Source: an uncultured Erysipelotrichaceae bacterium
GTDB lineage: Bacteria > Bacillota_I > Bacilli_A > Erysipelotrichales > Erysipelotrichaceae
Length of the DNA: 32,000 nt
NCBI GenBank assembly: GCA_942492995.1
Contig: OW818653.1
Coordinates: 810,001 to 842,000 of the forward strand
Reading direction: 5' to 3'
The notes under the pieces were generated by a model that saw only the letters and a list, made by a program, of their open reading frames with translations, made no database searches and was not told where the DNA came from. This document shows positions 18,342 through 26,876 of this stretch, in pieces. Numbering within the stretch: position 1 is the first letter of the stretch; each line of letters opens with the position of its first letter. The position numbers and the translations under genes were made by a program.

Positions 18342-18369
18342 TGACCCATCCGTGACCCAGCTGGGTCAC
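18342..18369. promoter_or_regulatory. TGACCCA / GTGACCCAG-CTGGGTCAC motif cluster at the tRNA-proximal island end (candidate protein-binding sites)
   Basis: Perfect 18-bp palindrome GTGACCCAGCTGGGTCAC at 18352-18369, preceded by TGACCCA. The same 9-mer occurs as direct doublets at 7936-7955 and 10285-10304. Confidence 0.5.
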
Positions 18370-18452
18370 GTAGATAGAAATTTTATGAAGTTTTATGCAA
18401 TTTTGTGCAATTTTACAACAAAAAAAGCCCTTTTATAGGCTTATGTTACGGA

Positions 18453-18526
18453 TGGAGCGGATGATGGGAATCGAACCCACGTAGTCAGCTTGGAAGGCTG
18501 AAGTTCTACCATTGAACTACATCCGC
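18453..18526 (-). tRNA. tRNA-Gly(UCC)
   Basis: GCGGATGTAGTTCAATGGTAGAAC...CUUCCAA anticodon loop...GGGTTCGATTCCC...CATCCGCTCCA. CCA is encoded. Confidence 0.92.
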
Positions 18527-18537
18527 GGTGGTAAAAT

Positions 18538-18613
18538 TGGTGACCTGTGGGGGACTCGAACCCTCGACCCACTGATTAAAAGTCAGTTGCTCTACCACCT
18601 GAGCTAACAGGTC
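18538..18613 (-). tRNA. tRNA-Lys(UUU)
   Basis: GACCTGTTAGCTCAGGTGGTAGAGC...CUUUUAA loop...TTCGAGT...ACAGGTCACCA. A-C mismatch in the T-stem. Confidence 0.88.
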
Positions 18614-18621
18614 ACAATAAA

Positions 18622-18697
18622 TGGCTGGGGTACCTGGATTCGGACCAGGGAGATGCCAGAGTCAAAGTCTGGTGCCTTACCGCTTGGCTATACCCCA
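18622..18697 (-). tRNA. tRNA-Gln(UUG)
   Basis: TGGGGTATAGCCAAGCGGTAAGGC...CUUUGAC loop...TACCCCAGCCA. The T-loop reads TCCGAAT. Confidence 0.85.
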
Positions 18698-18705
18698 AGA
18701 TTGAA

Positions 18706-18790
18706 TGGTGGGGGGGGACGGATTCGAACCGCCGAACTCGGAGAGAATTGATTTACAGTCAACCGCGTTTAGCCACTTCGCTACCCCCCC
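18706..18790 (-). tRNA. tRNA-Tyr(GUA)
   Basis: GGGGGGGTAGCGAAGTGGCTAAACGC...CUGUAAA loop, long variable arm, GGTTCGAATCC, CCCCCCCACCA. Confidence 0.9.
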
Positions 18791-18820
18791 AGAAAATAAC
18801 TGGGAGCCAACAAAATAAAA

Positions 18821-18896
18821 TGGTGCCGGCTATAGGACTTGAACCCACAACCTACTGATTACAAATCAGTTGCTCTGCCAATTGAGCTAAGCCGGC
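18821..18896 (-). tRNA. tRNA-Thr(UGU)
   Basis: GCCGGCTTAGCTCAATTGGCAGAGC...UUUGUAA loop...GGTTCAAGTCC...GCCGGCACCA. Confidence 0.92.
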
Positions 18897-18922
18897 ACAC
18901 GTAAACTTGAGAAAAAAAAGAA

Positions 18923-18998
18923 TGGTGGAGGCTGAGGGGCTCGAACCCCCGACCCTCTGCTTGTAAGGCAGACGCTCTCCCAGCTGAGCTAAGCCTCC
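18923..18998 (-). tRNA. tRNA-Val(UAC)
   Basis: GGAGGCTTAGCTCAGCTGGGAGAGC...CUUACAA loop...GGTTCGAGCCC...GCCTCCACCA. Confidence 0.92.
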
Positions 18999-19021
18999 AC
19001 GCTGTGCTCAAGTGCCTTATA

Positions 19022-19050
19022 AATATAACATATGCGTTTTTTATCGTCAA
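19022..19050 (-). promoter_or_regulatory. Sigma-70-type promoter of the tRNA operon
   Basis: Minus strand TTGACG, 17 nt, TATATT, about 25 nt upstream of tRNA-Val. Confidence 0.65.
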
Positions 19051-19133
19051 TACAAAAATTGGAATTTTCGAAGAAAGTGTTCATTTAATTCAAAGGGCTA
19101 AAGTGATATAATAATCACCATTAGGAGATTGCT

Positions 19134-19553
19134 ATGTTTCGTGTGTATAACTCGTTTGCTTTGAATTCTAAACAAAGATTTGTAAGAGCGTGTCTCTTTG
19201 GTTTTCCGACCGCGATTGGCTTAGGCATTGCGTATGGAATCCTTTCTCGTTTTATGCCAATTACCTTTTCGATTATCTATGTTGGGATCGGATATGTGAT
19301 TGGTTATGTGATCCAAAAGTTTGGTCGAGGGGTTCAACCTAAGTTTTCATATCTTGGTGGAGGGCTTGCTTTATTGTCCTTTATCTTATCGGATATTGTT
19401 CGTTATTTTGGATTAAATCTTGGCTATAATCTATTTAGTCAAATTATTGCGATTATTACACAAGTTTATTTAGGTTCTATTTATGGACTAATTAACTTAG
19501 CGTTTATTGCATGGGGTGTAATTATGGCGTATAACACAGCGAGGATTGTATGA
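19134..19553 (+). CDS. Hypothetical membrane protein (4 TM)
   Basis: AGGAG RBS with a TGATATAAT extended -10 upstream. ATGA overlap with alr. Confidence 0.65.
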   Translation: MFRVYNSFALNSKQRFVRACLFGFPTAIGLGIAYGILSRFMPITFSIIYVGIGYVIGYVIQKFGRGVQPKFSYLGGGLALLSFILSDIVRYFGLNLGYNLFSQIIAIITQVYLGSIYGLINLAFIAWGVIMAYNTARIV

Positions 19554-20677
19554 GACCTTCATTTCGTAGAACGTATGCAGAAATTAATTTAGATGCGCTC
19601 GAACATAATGTTCGAACGTTACATAACTATCATCAGAAGACATTAATAGCGGTTGTTAAGGCAAATGCGTATGGTCATGGGGATATTATGATAGCACGTC
19701 ATTTAGAGAAACTTGGGACACAGATGTGTGCTGTCGCAACTTTGGATGAAGCGGTTAATTTAAGAGAAAATGGAATACAAATGGATATCTTATGTATGGG
19801 TTATGTTGAGGCGATGGATGTACCATTTGCGCTTGAACATAATATCGTATTAACACTAACATCTTTGGATTGGGTTATGTCTTTACGTGAATATCCTGTA
19901 GAGAATGCACGTGTTCATTTAAAGATTGATACGGGGATGAATCGATTAGGGATTAAAGAAAAAGATCAAGTTTTTGAGGCATTAGAGATAGCGGATTCAC
20001 TTGGATTAAAGGTTGAGGGTATCTATACTCACTTTGCGTCAAGTGATGATCCTACAAGTCCACAAACAGCTAAACAATACGCATCTTTCAATACTTTATT
20101 AGAATCTCTCCATCGTGAATTCAAATGGGTTCATAGTGCGAATAGCGGTGCAGTTGTAAACTTCCCTACACCGAATTGTAATGCGGTTAGAATCGGTTTA
20201 TCGATTTATGGATATTCTGACTACGCTGTTGATTTAAAGCCTGTCATGAGGCTTTATGCGAGTCTATTGGATATTAAATCTGTACATAAAGGTGAATCTG
20301 TTGGATATGGAGCGAATTATGTAGCTCAAAAAGATGAATTGATTGGAACGATTAGTATTGGATATGCGGATGGTATCCATCGTGATATTCAAGGATCTCA
20401 TTGTTCAATTGGTACAGTTGATTGTGAATATGTTGGACGTATCTGTATGGATCTCAGTATGATTCGTTTAGATCAGAAATATCCAATTGGTACATGTGTA
20501 GAAATCATTGGTGATCATACAAGTGCTAAGTATATTGCGAAGAAGATGGAAACCATAGTATACGAATTACTACCTCAGTTGAATGGTAGAATTCCAAGAG
20601 TTTATGTTCAAAATAATAAAGAAATCGCGTACATTAATTCGCGTTATCCTTCCCCTATTCCTGTCTATATCAAGTAA
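19550..20677 (+). CDS. alr: Alanine racemase
   Basis: PLP-lysine motif VVKANAYGHG. THFA.SD. C-terminal GYADG and GR.CMD motifs. Confidence 0.93.
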   Translation: MRPSFRRTYAEINLDALEHNVRTLHNYHQKTLIAVVKANAYGHGDIMIARHLEKLGTQMCAVATLDEAVNLRENGIQMDILCMGYVEAMDVPFALEHNIVLTLTSLDWVMSLREYPVENARVHLKIDTGMNRLGIKEKDQVFEALEIADSLGLKVEGIYTHFASSDDPTSPQTAKQYASFNTLLESLHREFKWVHSANSGAVVNFPTPNCNAVRIGLSIYGYSDYAVDLKPVMRLYASLLDIKSVHKGESVGYGANYVAQKDELIGTISIGYADGIHRDIQGSHCSIGTVDCEYVGRICMDLSMIRLDQKYPIGTCVEIIGDHTSAKYIAKKMETIVYELLPQLNGRIPRVYVQNNKEIAYINSRYPSPIPVYIK

Positions 20678-20706
20678 AAAGCTGAACTAAAATTCAGCTT
20701 TTTTAT
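20676..20706. terminator. Bidirectional terminator between alr and the convergent gene
   Basis: aaaaagctgaa-ctaaaa-ttcagctttttt. Confidence 0.75.
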
Positions 20707-21425
20707 TGATTGAAATACACATTTATATTCGCTTTTCGTGCTTGACTCGATAATTGATTACGAGGTATCGCATATCGAACATATTCTTTGATAAAGTAAC
20801 TTCCTAATTGTCTAAACTCAAACGTTACTTGATGATTAATACATTGATTACGGATGGATTCTACCCAAGCATAATCTAAATCACGGGCTAATTTACCAGC
20901 TTCACCACCAACTGTGACTTGTTCAATAGGATACGATAGATAGGGTTCTAGATTAATCGGTCCTATTAATGGTTGGCAGATAATTAAGCGATGTTTAATT
21001 GGAATACGGACTAAATACGATAATCGCAGATCTGCTTGAGTTTGATTCTCAACGGAACATCCAATCATGACATTATCATAACCATCATTCCAATCACTTG
21101 GTAAGACCTGTTCTAAGCGATGAATCCGTTTAGTGAGAAAAAGAAATGTTAAGTCTGATCGCTCTTTCATCATTCTCCAAGCATCACTTCGCCATTCATC
21201 TGCCTCTTCAATAAGAAAATCACTACTGAAACAGACATAGACCAACTGTCCGCTCTTAACAACATATTCCCCTTTCTTATTCTTCCGTATAATACGATCA
21301 AATTGATCGGTTTTCTCAATAAGATTAGTATCTATTCCTTTACGTGTATCAGCCGAATGAATATAACAATTCTTACATCCTTCACTGATTTTATGACAAC
21401 CTCGCCATGGATTCCAAAGTGTCAT
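20703..21425 (-). CDS. DUF5131 / phage Gp37-Gp68 family protein
   Basis: The N-terminal WNPWRGCHKISEGCKNCY motif is characteristic of the family. Confidence 0.8.
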   Translation of the reverse strand: MTLWNPWRGCHKISEGCKNCYIHSADTRKGIDTNLIEKTDQFDRIIRKNKKGEYVVKSGQLVYVCFSSDFLIEEADEWRSDAWRMMKERSDLTFLFLTKRIHRLEQVLPSDWNDGYDNVMIGCSVENQTQADLRLSYLVRIPIKHRLIICQPLIGPINLEPYLSYPIEQVTVGGEAGKLARDLDYAWVESIRNQCINHQVTFEFRQLGSYFIKEYVRYAIPRNQLSSQARKANINVYFNQ

Positions 21426-21427
21426 AT

Positions 21428-21988
21428 TTACACCTGTTTAAAATTAAAATGTTCCACAATGCGCATTGCACATTCTTTCGCACTTATTTTACTATTATCG
21501 ATTTTAATATAATTCTTAAACGGTATTTCCCCTTCATTACTTACTGTACGATATTTCGATGAATCATTGATAACTCGTTGATTAGACGCTTCAATATCTC
21601 GTTTAGAAGCTTTATTCGCTAATCTGTTTTCACTTATATTCCGTTCTAATCGAACATCAAGTGGCGCAACCAATTCAACATAATAAAGCTCTGCCCCTTG
21701 AGCTTCAAATAATTCACTTACTTTCGTAATATAATCCCAATCACTTTGATGATCAAATGCCCACATATAAGTGAATATTAATCCATCATTATTAGATTGT
21801 GCATAGGATTCAAATATGACATCTCTTAACTTAACAATTATATTTGAATCATAATATCCAAACACATCAATCACAAGTTCAATCGCCATATGATTATGAA
21901 ATAATCTTAGTCCTGTTAATTTCATCAATTCTTGTCCAACTGTCATTTTACCAACTGCCGCATCCCCAATTATCGTAACTAATTTCAT
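21428..21988 (-). CDS. P-loop NTPase / AAA-family kinase-like protein
   Basis: Walker A GDAAVGKMT at the N-terminus. Small-kinase size. Confidence 0.65.
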   Translation of the reverse strand: MKLVTIIGDAAVGKMTVGQELMKLTGLRLFHNHMAIELVIDVFGYYDSNIIVKLRDVIFESYAQSNNDGLIFTYMWAFDHQSDWDYITKVSELFEAQGAELYYVELVAPLDVRLERNISENRLANKASKRDIEASNQRVINDSSKYRTVSNEGEIPFKNYIKIDNSKISAKECAMRIVEHFNFKQV

Positions 21989-22052
21989 ACTTACCCCTAT
22001 TTTTAATTATTTTTGATTATCATTATAAACATCGTATACAATAAGCTTAATT

Positions 22053-22592
22053 ATGTTCACACTTCCAAATAGTATTAGTTTAATTCGTATCTTATTAGCG
22101 ATTGGTTTAATTTTTGTTAAACCATTTTCAGCTTTATTCTATTTAGTCTATTCCCTTGGAGGAATAAGTGATTTTCTGGATGGTTATCTTGCGCGAAAGT
22201 ATAAACTTGTAAGTGATTTAGGCGCATTATTGGATAGTATTGCGGACTTAGTATTCATACTTATTATCCTTTTAATTTGTTTAAATTATTTCACCTGGTC
22301 ACTTTGGATGGTGTATTGGATAATCGGTATAACACTAATTCGTTTTGTGTCAATTGGTGTAGGTTATTATCGATATAAGACATTGAGTACGTTACATACA
22401 ATGATGAATAAATTAAGCGGATTCACGTTATTCATATTCCCGATATTCTATCTATTTATTCCTTTTTATGTACTTATAATTATCATTTGTAGCGTAACAT
22501 CACTCTCCGCAATCGAAGAATTACTGATAAATATTATCTCTAAACAATTGAATCGCAACATCCCTTCCATTCTTTCTATAAACGATCAATAA
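22053..22592 (+). CDS. CDP-alcohol phosphatidyltransferase family protein
   Basis: DFLDGYLAR...G..LDS.AD motif (D-G-x2-A-R-x8-G-x3-D-x3-D). Polytopic. Confidence 0.85.
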   Translation: MFTLPNSISLIRILLAIGLIFVKPFSALFYLVYSLGGISDFLDGYLARKYKLVSDLGALLDSIADLVFILIILLICLNYFTWSLWMVYWIIGITLIRFVSIGVGYYRYKTLSTLHTMMNKLSGFTLFIFPIFYLFIPFYVLIIIICSVTSLSAIEELLINIISKQLNRNIPSILSINDQ

Positions 22593-23454
22593 ATCGTTCT
22601 GTGAGTAACAACTCATCGTTAATATCAAATGTACCCAATTGTATTGAAGGCTTAGTCTTACCATGGAAATCACTTCCAATGGTCATGATTAAGTCTCTTT
22701 CTTTCGCAAGATTATAATAATGTGCTGTTATTTCAGGTGTGTGATAACTACTATATACTTCGACCCCAATAACACCTTTATCAATTATCGTATTGAATAA
22801 TTCGACATTCGTCTTAATGTTATTTCCAGGATGAGCTATTATCGCAAAACCATGCGCATCGTTTATCATTTTTACAATTTCATCCAATGTTCTAAAATGA
22901 ATTGGACTGTACGCTACTTTACCTTGCGCACAATAATCCCAATAGAAATTTACATAGGGATTATCACTGCGTGTACCACCTTCTCGATACACAAATAGAT
23001 GTTCATTCGCATCATTGCGATGATCATGTAGTGCAACTTCCGCAATCATTTCACCTGTTATAACGCCATTAATCGCAATCTTATCCAACTCATTCTCTTC
23101 TAAGATAATTCCTATCTCACGTATCTTTTGGATCATTATTTTTGAAGATACTTGTTCCTGCGCAATGATCTCTTCCTCATAAATATGAAACGCTGGATCT
23201 TCTGGATTTATTCCATACCCTAATACATGTAAGTTAACGCCGTTGATATGACAATCAAGTTCTACAGCAGGAATTAATCGTATACAGAGTTTATCTGCGA
23301 TGGGTTTAGCATATGCATATGCTTTGGTTGAGTTGTGATCCGCTATCGCAAATACATCAAGTCCAGCATCATAACACATTTGCGTTAATATCTCTGGTGA
23401 GTATGTCCCATCATTGCTCATACTGGTATGCATATGTAAGTCAATTTTGTTCAT
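22576..23454 (-). CDS. PHP-domain metal-dependent phosphoesterase
   Basis: N-terminal DLHMHTSMSNDG, plus internal HP and C-terminal GSDFHG motifs. Confidence 0.85.
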   Translation of the reverse strand: MNKIDLHMHTSMSNDGTYSPEILTQMCYDAGLDVFAIADHNSTKAYAYAKPIADKLCIRLIPAVELDCHINGVNLHVLGYGINPEDPAFHIYEEEIIAQEQVSSKIMIQKIREIGIILEENELDKIAINGVITGEMIAEVALHDHRNDANEHLFVYREGGTRSDNPYVNFYWDYCAQGKVAYSPIHFRTLDEIVKMINDAHGFAIIAHPGNNIKTNVELFNTIIDKGVIGVEVYSSYHTPEITAHYYNLAKERDLIMTIGSDFHGKTKPSIQLGTFDINDELLLTERFIDRL

Positions 23455-23529
23455 ATTTGATTATCCTTTTTACTTTAATTCATTTACCCTATTTTACTCT
23501 ATATCAAACAATATAAAATAAAAAGAATC

Positions 23530-23958
23530 CTATTGTGGATTCTTCTCTATGAATAAATCGAGTGTTTGTTTTAGTTGTATGGCTTGTTTAATGTCAATAT
23601 TTAAACATTGAACAATCTTCATTGGAATATCTTTTGCGTCTTCTTTTAACGTTAATCCTTTATCCGTTAACTCAATGGATATCATTCTTTCATCTGTTGT
23701 TTGTCTAACTCTTCTTAACAAGCCTTGTGTTTCAAGTTTCTTGATTAGTGGCGTTAGTGTTCCAGAATCAAGCATCAATCGCTCACCTAATTCCTTTACA
23801 CTTATCTTATCTTTTTCCCAGAGTACGAGTAAACAGATGTACTGCGTATACGTAATGTTTAATGGTTCTAGAAATGGTTTATATTTACGTACAATCGAAC
23901 GTGCTCCTGTATAAAGTGAGAAGCACAATTGATTCTCTAACTTTAAAGGATCGTGCAT
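23530..23958 (-). CDS. ohrR: MarR-family regulator, OhrR-like
   Basis: The N-terminus LENQLCFSLY carries the conserved sensing Cys of OhrR. Winged HTH. Operator-like palindrome upstream of the operon. Confidence 0.8.
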   Translation of the reverse strand: MHDPLKLENQLCFSLYTGARSIVRKYKPFLEPLNITYTQYICLLVLWEKDKISVKELGERLMLDSGTLTPLIKKLETQGLLRRVRQTTDERMISIELTDKGLTLKEDAKDIPMKIVQCLNIDIKQAIQLKQTLDLFIEKNPQ

Positions 23959-23961
23959 GAT

Positions 23962-24495
23962 TTAAAGTGCCTTTTCAATGTAGGATGATAGATCTTCTGG
24001 TTTAAAGGTTGGCGCAAAACGTGCAATAACATTACCATTACGATCAACTAAGAACTTCGTGAAATTCCATTTAACACTATCGCCAGTAAATGTTTGTTTA
24101 AGTTCATTTAATACTTTCTTAAACCCATTAGCTTTTTCATCTTCATGTTCATGTGGTGCTTCAGTACGAAGATATTTGAATAGAGGATCCGCATCATCAC
24201 CATTCACATTTACTTTAGCGAATGTTTGAAATGTTGTCCCAAATTTCATCTGACAGAATGAAGCTAGTTCTTCATCGGTTCCAGATGCTTGGTTCATGAA
24301 CTGATTACAAGGAAAATCAAGAATTTCTAACCCTTTATCTTTGTATTGTTTATATAAATTTTCTAGTCCTTCGTATTGAGGTGTAAATCCACACCCACTT
24401 GCGGTATTTACAACCAATAACACTTTTCCTTCATAATCCTTTAATGACACATCATTCTTTTTAATATCTTTTACACTATATTGATATAGACTCAT
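23962..24495 (-). CDS. Glutathione peroxidase family protein
   Basis: GGAGGAA RBS before the ATG at 24495. VVNTASGCGFTPQY active-site motif and WNFTKFLV motif. Confidence 0.9.
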   Translation of the reverse strand: MSLYQYSVKDIKKNDVSLKDYEGKVLLVVNTASGCGFTPQYEGLENLYKQYKDKGLEILDFPCNQFMNQASGTDEELASFCQMKFGTTFQTFAKVNVNGDDADPLFKYLRTEAPHEHEDEKANGFKKVLNELKQTFTGDSVKWNFTKFLVDRNGNVIARFAPTFKPEDLSSYIEKAL

Positions 24496-24511
24496 ATGTT
24501 CCTCCGTTATA

Positions 24512-24529
24512 TAGATTGTATACAATCTA
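24512..24529. promoter_or_regulatory. OhrR-type operator (perfect 18-bp palindrome)
   Basis: TAGATTGTATACAATCTA contains the TACAAT/ATTGTA half-sites known for OhrR boxes. It lies just downstream of the TTGACT...TACTAT promoter on the minus strand. Confidence 0.6.
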
Positions 24530-24584
24530 ATAGTATCATATTTATTTATACAGTCAATCTATTTAAGTAGATTAAACAAAAGTC

Positions 24585-25016
24585 CTATGCGCTAGGACTT
24601 TGTAGGTATTTATTCGAATAGTATTGCATAACGGATTTACGAGTAATAATGCCCATGAACATACCCCGATCATCCACTACTGGTACAAAATTCTGATCCA
24701 TTACTTGATTGAGAACTTGTTCGAGTTTTGCGTCTATTTTTATCGGTGTATTCCATGTGATACGAATAATATCGTGTATTGTGTAATCTTCTTGAGCTTC
24801 TATGTTATATTCACCTTTTTGAAGTAAATGCCATAAGAAGTCTCCTTCACTAACGGTCCCAATGTATTCACCATGTTGGTTTAGGACTGGCATTGCGGTA
24901 TACCCATAATGTTTCATTTTCTCTAGGCATTGACGTATCGTAAACTCTTCGGTTAAAGTCGATATTTTTGATTTAGGCGTTAGTAAAAATACAATACTCT
25001 GCTCTACTTTATCCAT
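24585..25016 (-). CDS. CBS-pair domain protein
   Basis: Two CBS repeats (AMPVLNQHGEYIGTVSEGDF; FVPVVDDRGMFMGIITRKSV). The ATG at 25016 has an AAAGG RBS; the track start at 25034 has none. Confidence 0.8.
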   Translation of the reverse strand: MDKVEQSIVFLLTPKSKISTLTEEFTIRQCLEKMKHYGYTAMPVLNQHGEYIGTVSEGDFLWHLLQKGEYNIEAQEDYTIHDIIRITWNTPIKIDAKLEQVLNQVMDQNFVPVVDDRGMFMGIITRKSVMQYYSNKYLQSPSA

Positions 25017-25218
25017 TATTTTTATACCTTTCATTCAATTGAACACTCTGTTCTTTTAAATACATTTTTGTTTATCTTCTTTTTAATTTTCAAAATAACT
25101 ACATTTCCATTTTACACGATTAAGTACGATGAATGTTCAATTTTAATGAGTATCACAGAACTTTCATCAATCAATAAAAAAGATATCACGATCGTTATCT
25201 GTGATACCTTTGATATCT

Positions 25219-25842
25219 TTACTTCCAGGAAGTGATTGTTTCTACGGGTAGACGTAAGGATGAATATCCCGTTTCTAGCGCTTTTCCTATTGATACAATT
25301 AATACAGATACATAACGATTAGAATCTAAACCAAATGTTTCCGCAAGATTCTCTTCGTAATATCCTCCGATCGGATTTGTATCATATCCATAAGATCGCG
25401 CAACTAACATCAACTGCATCGTCATTAAGCTACTATCTACTTTCACAATATCATTCATCTTCTCACGACTAAGTGATTTATATAATGGCACAATAGTATT
25501 AACTTGTTTATCCCTTACTTCACGCGGCATATGACCATCTTTTACGGCTTGGTCATAAATCGTCTCCGCATAACGATAACACTCCATATCCCCAAATATG
25601 AGGATCATAGCGGATGATGTGTCATTCTGTTTGGTGTTGAAACGCATAAAAGGTCTAAGCTTTTCTTTACCCTCTTCTGACTCCACTATCACAAAACGCC
25701 ACGGTTGTAAGTTAACCGATGATGGAGCTCGTGTCGCATCACGTAAAATTGAACTCATTTCTTCTTTTGAGATTTTTACACTTGGATCGTATTCACGGAT
25801 TGACCGTCTTTCTAATACAATCGACTTAAAATCATTTGTCAT
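25219..25842 (-). CDS. Nitroreductase family protein
   Basis: RRSIREY...APSS.N.QPWRF signature. Confidence 0.88.
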   Translation of the reverse strand: MTNDFKSIVLERRSIREYDPSVKISKEEMSSILRDATRAPSSVNLQPWRFVIVESEEGKEKLRPFMRFNTKQNDTSSAMILIFGDMECYRYAETIYDQAVKDGHMPREVRDKQVNTIVPLYKSLSREKMNDIVKVDSSLMTMQLMLVARSYGYDTNPIGGYYEENLAETFGLDSNRYVSVLIVSIGKALETGYSSLRLPVETITSWK

Positions 25843-25949
25843 TCTATTCCTCTTTTTCTAATCATTTTCAAGTCTATTATAAGTGCGATGCCATTTGATT
25901 CAATGAATATGACCAATAAAAAAGCTTCACCTATGCGAAGCTAATTGTT

Positions 25950-26474
25950 TTATCTTAAATCTATCCAGTAAATCTGTTCCATAACCCCTTCTTCATTCAC
26001 AAATTCACGTTCTAATTTACCACCATTCTTCATGATACTTTTTGCGGACCCAATATTATCTTTATCGCAGCTCATCATAACGCGATCGATGTTTAATTCT
26101 CGACACTTGTTTAGTGCTAAACGTATCATTTCCGTCGCATATCCTTTACGTCTTTCACTCGGTCGTACACCATCCCCAATATGTCCACCAGCTTTTAGTA
26201 GTTCTTCATTGAGTGTATGACGAATATTCACTGCCCCAACGATTTTATCACTTGATGATTGATATACAAAATACGTCGTATTACGTACAAATCCTTCACG
26301 TATTGGACCATTTACTTCTTGGTCAAACTCATAGATATATTCATCAAAGTTATGATAATCAATTCGTCGTATGGCATATGGAACGATTCTTTCTCCCGTA
26401 CTTGACCATTCATTCATCATATCTATGATTTGTCGCTTATATTCCATACTTGGTCTAATTAATTCTAGTTGCAT
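25950..26474 (-). CDS. GNAT-family N-acetyltransferase
   Basis: The RRKGYATEM..LAL motif-A region. The ATG at 26474 has an AAAGGA RBS. Confidence 0.8.
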   Translation of the reverse strand: MQLELIRPSMEYKRQIIDMMNEWSSTGERIVPYAIRRIDYHNFDEYIYEFDQEVNGPIREGFVRNTTYFVYQSSSDKIVGAVNIRHTLNEELLKAGGHIGDGVRPSERRKGYATEMIRLALNKCRELNIDRVMMSCDKDNIGSAKSIMKNGGKLEREFVNEEGVMEQIYWIDLR

Positions 26475-26518
26475 TGATCCAAATCCTTTCATCTATCTGT
26501 AACATTACAAATGTTTTA

Positions 26519-26875
26519 TTATTTCATTCTCTTAATTCTTTTGATCGCTAATGAATAGATATTATCTCTTCTACCACCTGCAATAAATTGAATAACTTCA
26601 TTTATACTTGAATCGATCTCAATTCTTTCAATATATATTTTCAACTCATTATCATTGAGTATCTTAAATATAAGTCTTATCCCAAATCCTCTATGTTTCG
26701 ACTTATAATAACCTAGCAATTCACCACTCAACGGTTTAAACTTCTGCTTTATCACTTCAATTGAGTTATGTTCATCTTCCAAATACGAAATGATTGCCTT
26801 GGCCCATTGTTTTTCTCTACCATCAAACGCACTGAAGTCTTTTTGTACAAGACTACTTATTTCTACCTTTCGCAT
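26519..26875 (-). CDS. RelE/ParE-family type II toxin
   Basis: KPLSGELLGYYKSKHRGFGIRLIFKI pattern. It lies immediately downstream of an antitoxin gene (TAATATG junction). Confidence 0.65.
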   Translation of the reverse strand: MRKVEISSLVQKDFSAFDGREKQWAKAIISYLEDEHNSIEVIKQKFKPLSGELLGYYKSKHRGFGIRLIFKILNDNELKIYIERIEIDSSINEVIQFIAGGRRDNIYSLAIKRIKRMK

Positions 26876-26876
26876 A

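Larger units (their letters stand above)
10161..18469. mobile_element. Islet 2: integrase-less genomic island in the tRNA-Gly 3' end, carrying a modular agr-type quorum-sensing locus
   Basis: Bounded by the 18-nt direct repeat (10161-10178) and the tRNA-Gly 3' end (18452-18469). All genes are on the minus strand. Very AT-rich. No recombinase ORF. Confidence 0.65.

Noticed and set aside
7812-18469. Integrase, excisionase or transposase expected inside a tRNA-associated island
   Set aside because: I looked for one. No ORF in the interval has recombinase-like motifs, and every ORF of 60 aa or more is otherwise accounted for. The islets are therefore described as integrase-less rather than assigned a mobility gene.
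18859-19050. 63-aa ORF on the minus strand
   Set aside because: It lies entirely over the tRNA-Thr and tRNA-Val genes and their promoter, so it is a translation artefact of tRNA sequence.
20703-21988. Prophage remnant suggested by the Gp37/Gp68 (DUF5131) gene
   Set aside because: It is a single gene with no neighbouring phage structural, integrase or repressor genes and no att-like repeats. Such genes also occur as stand-alone chromosomal genes.
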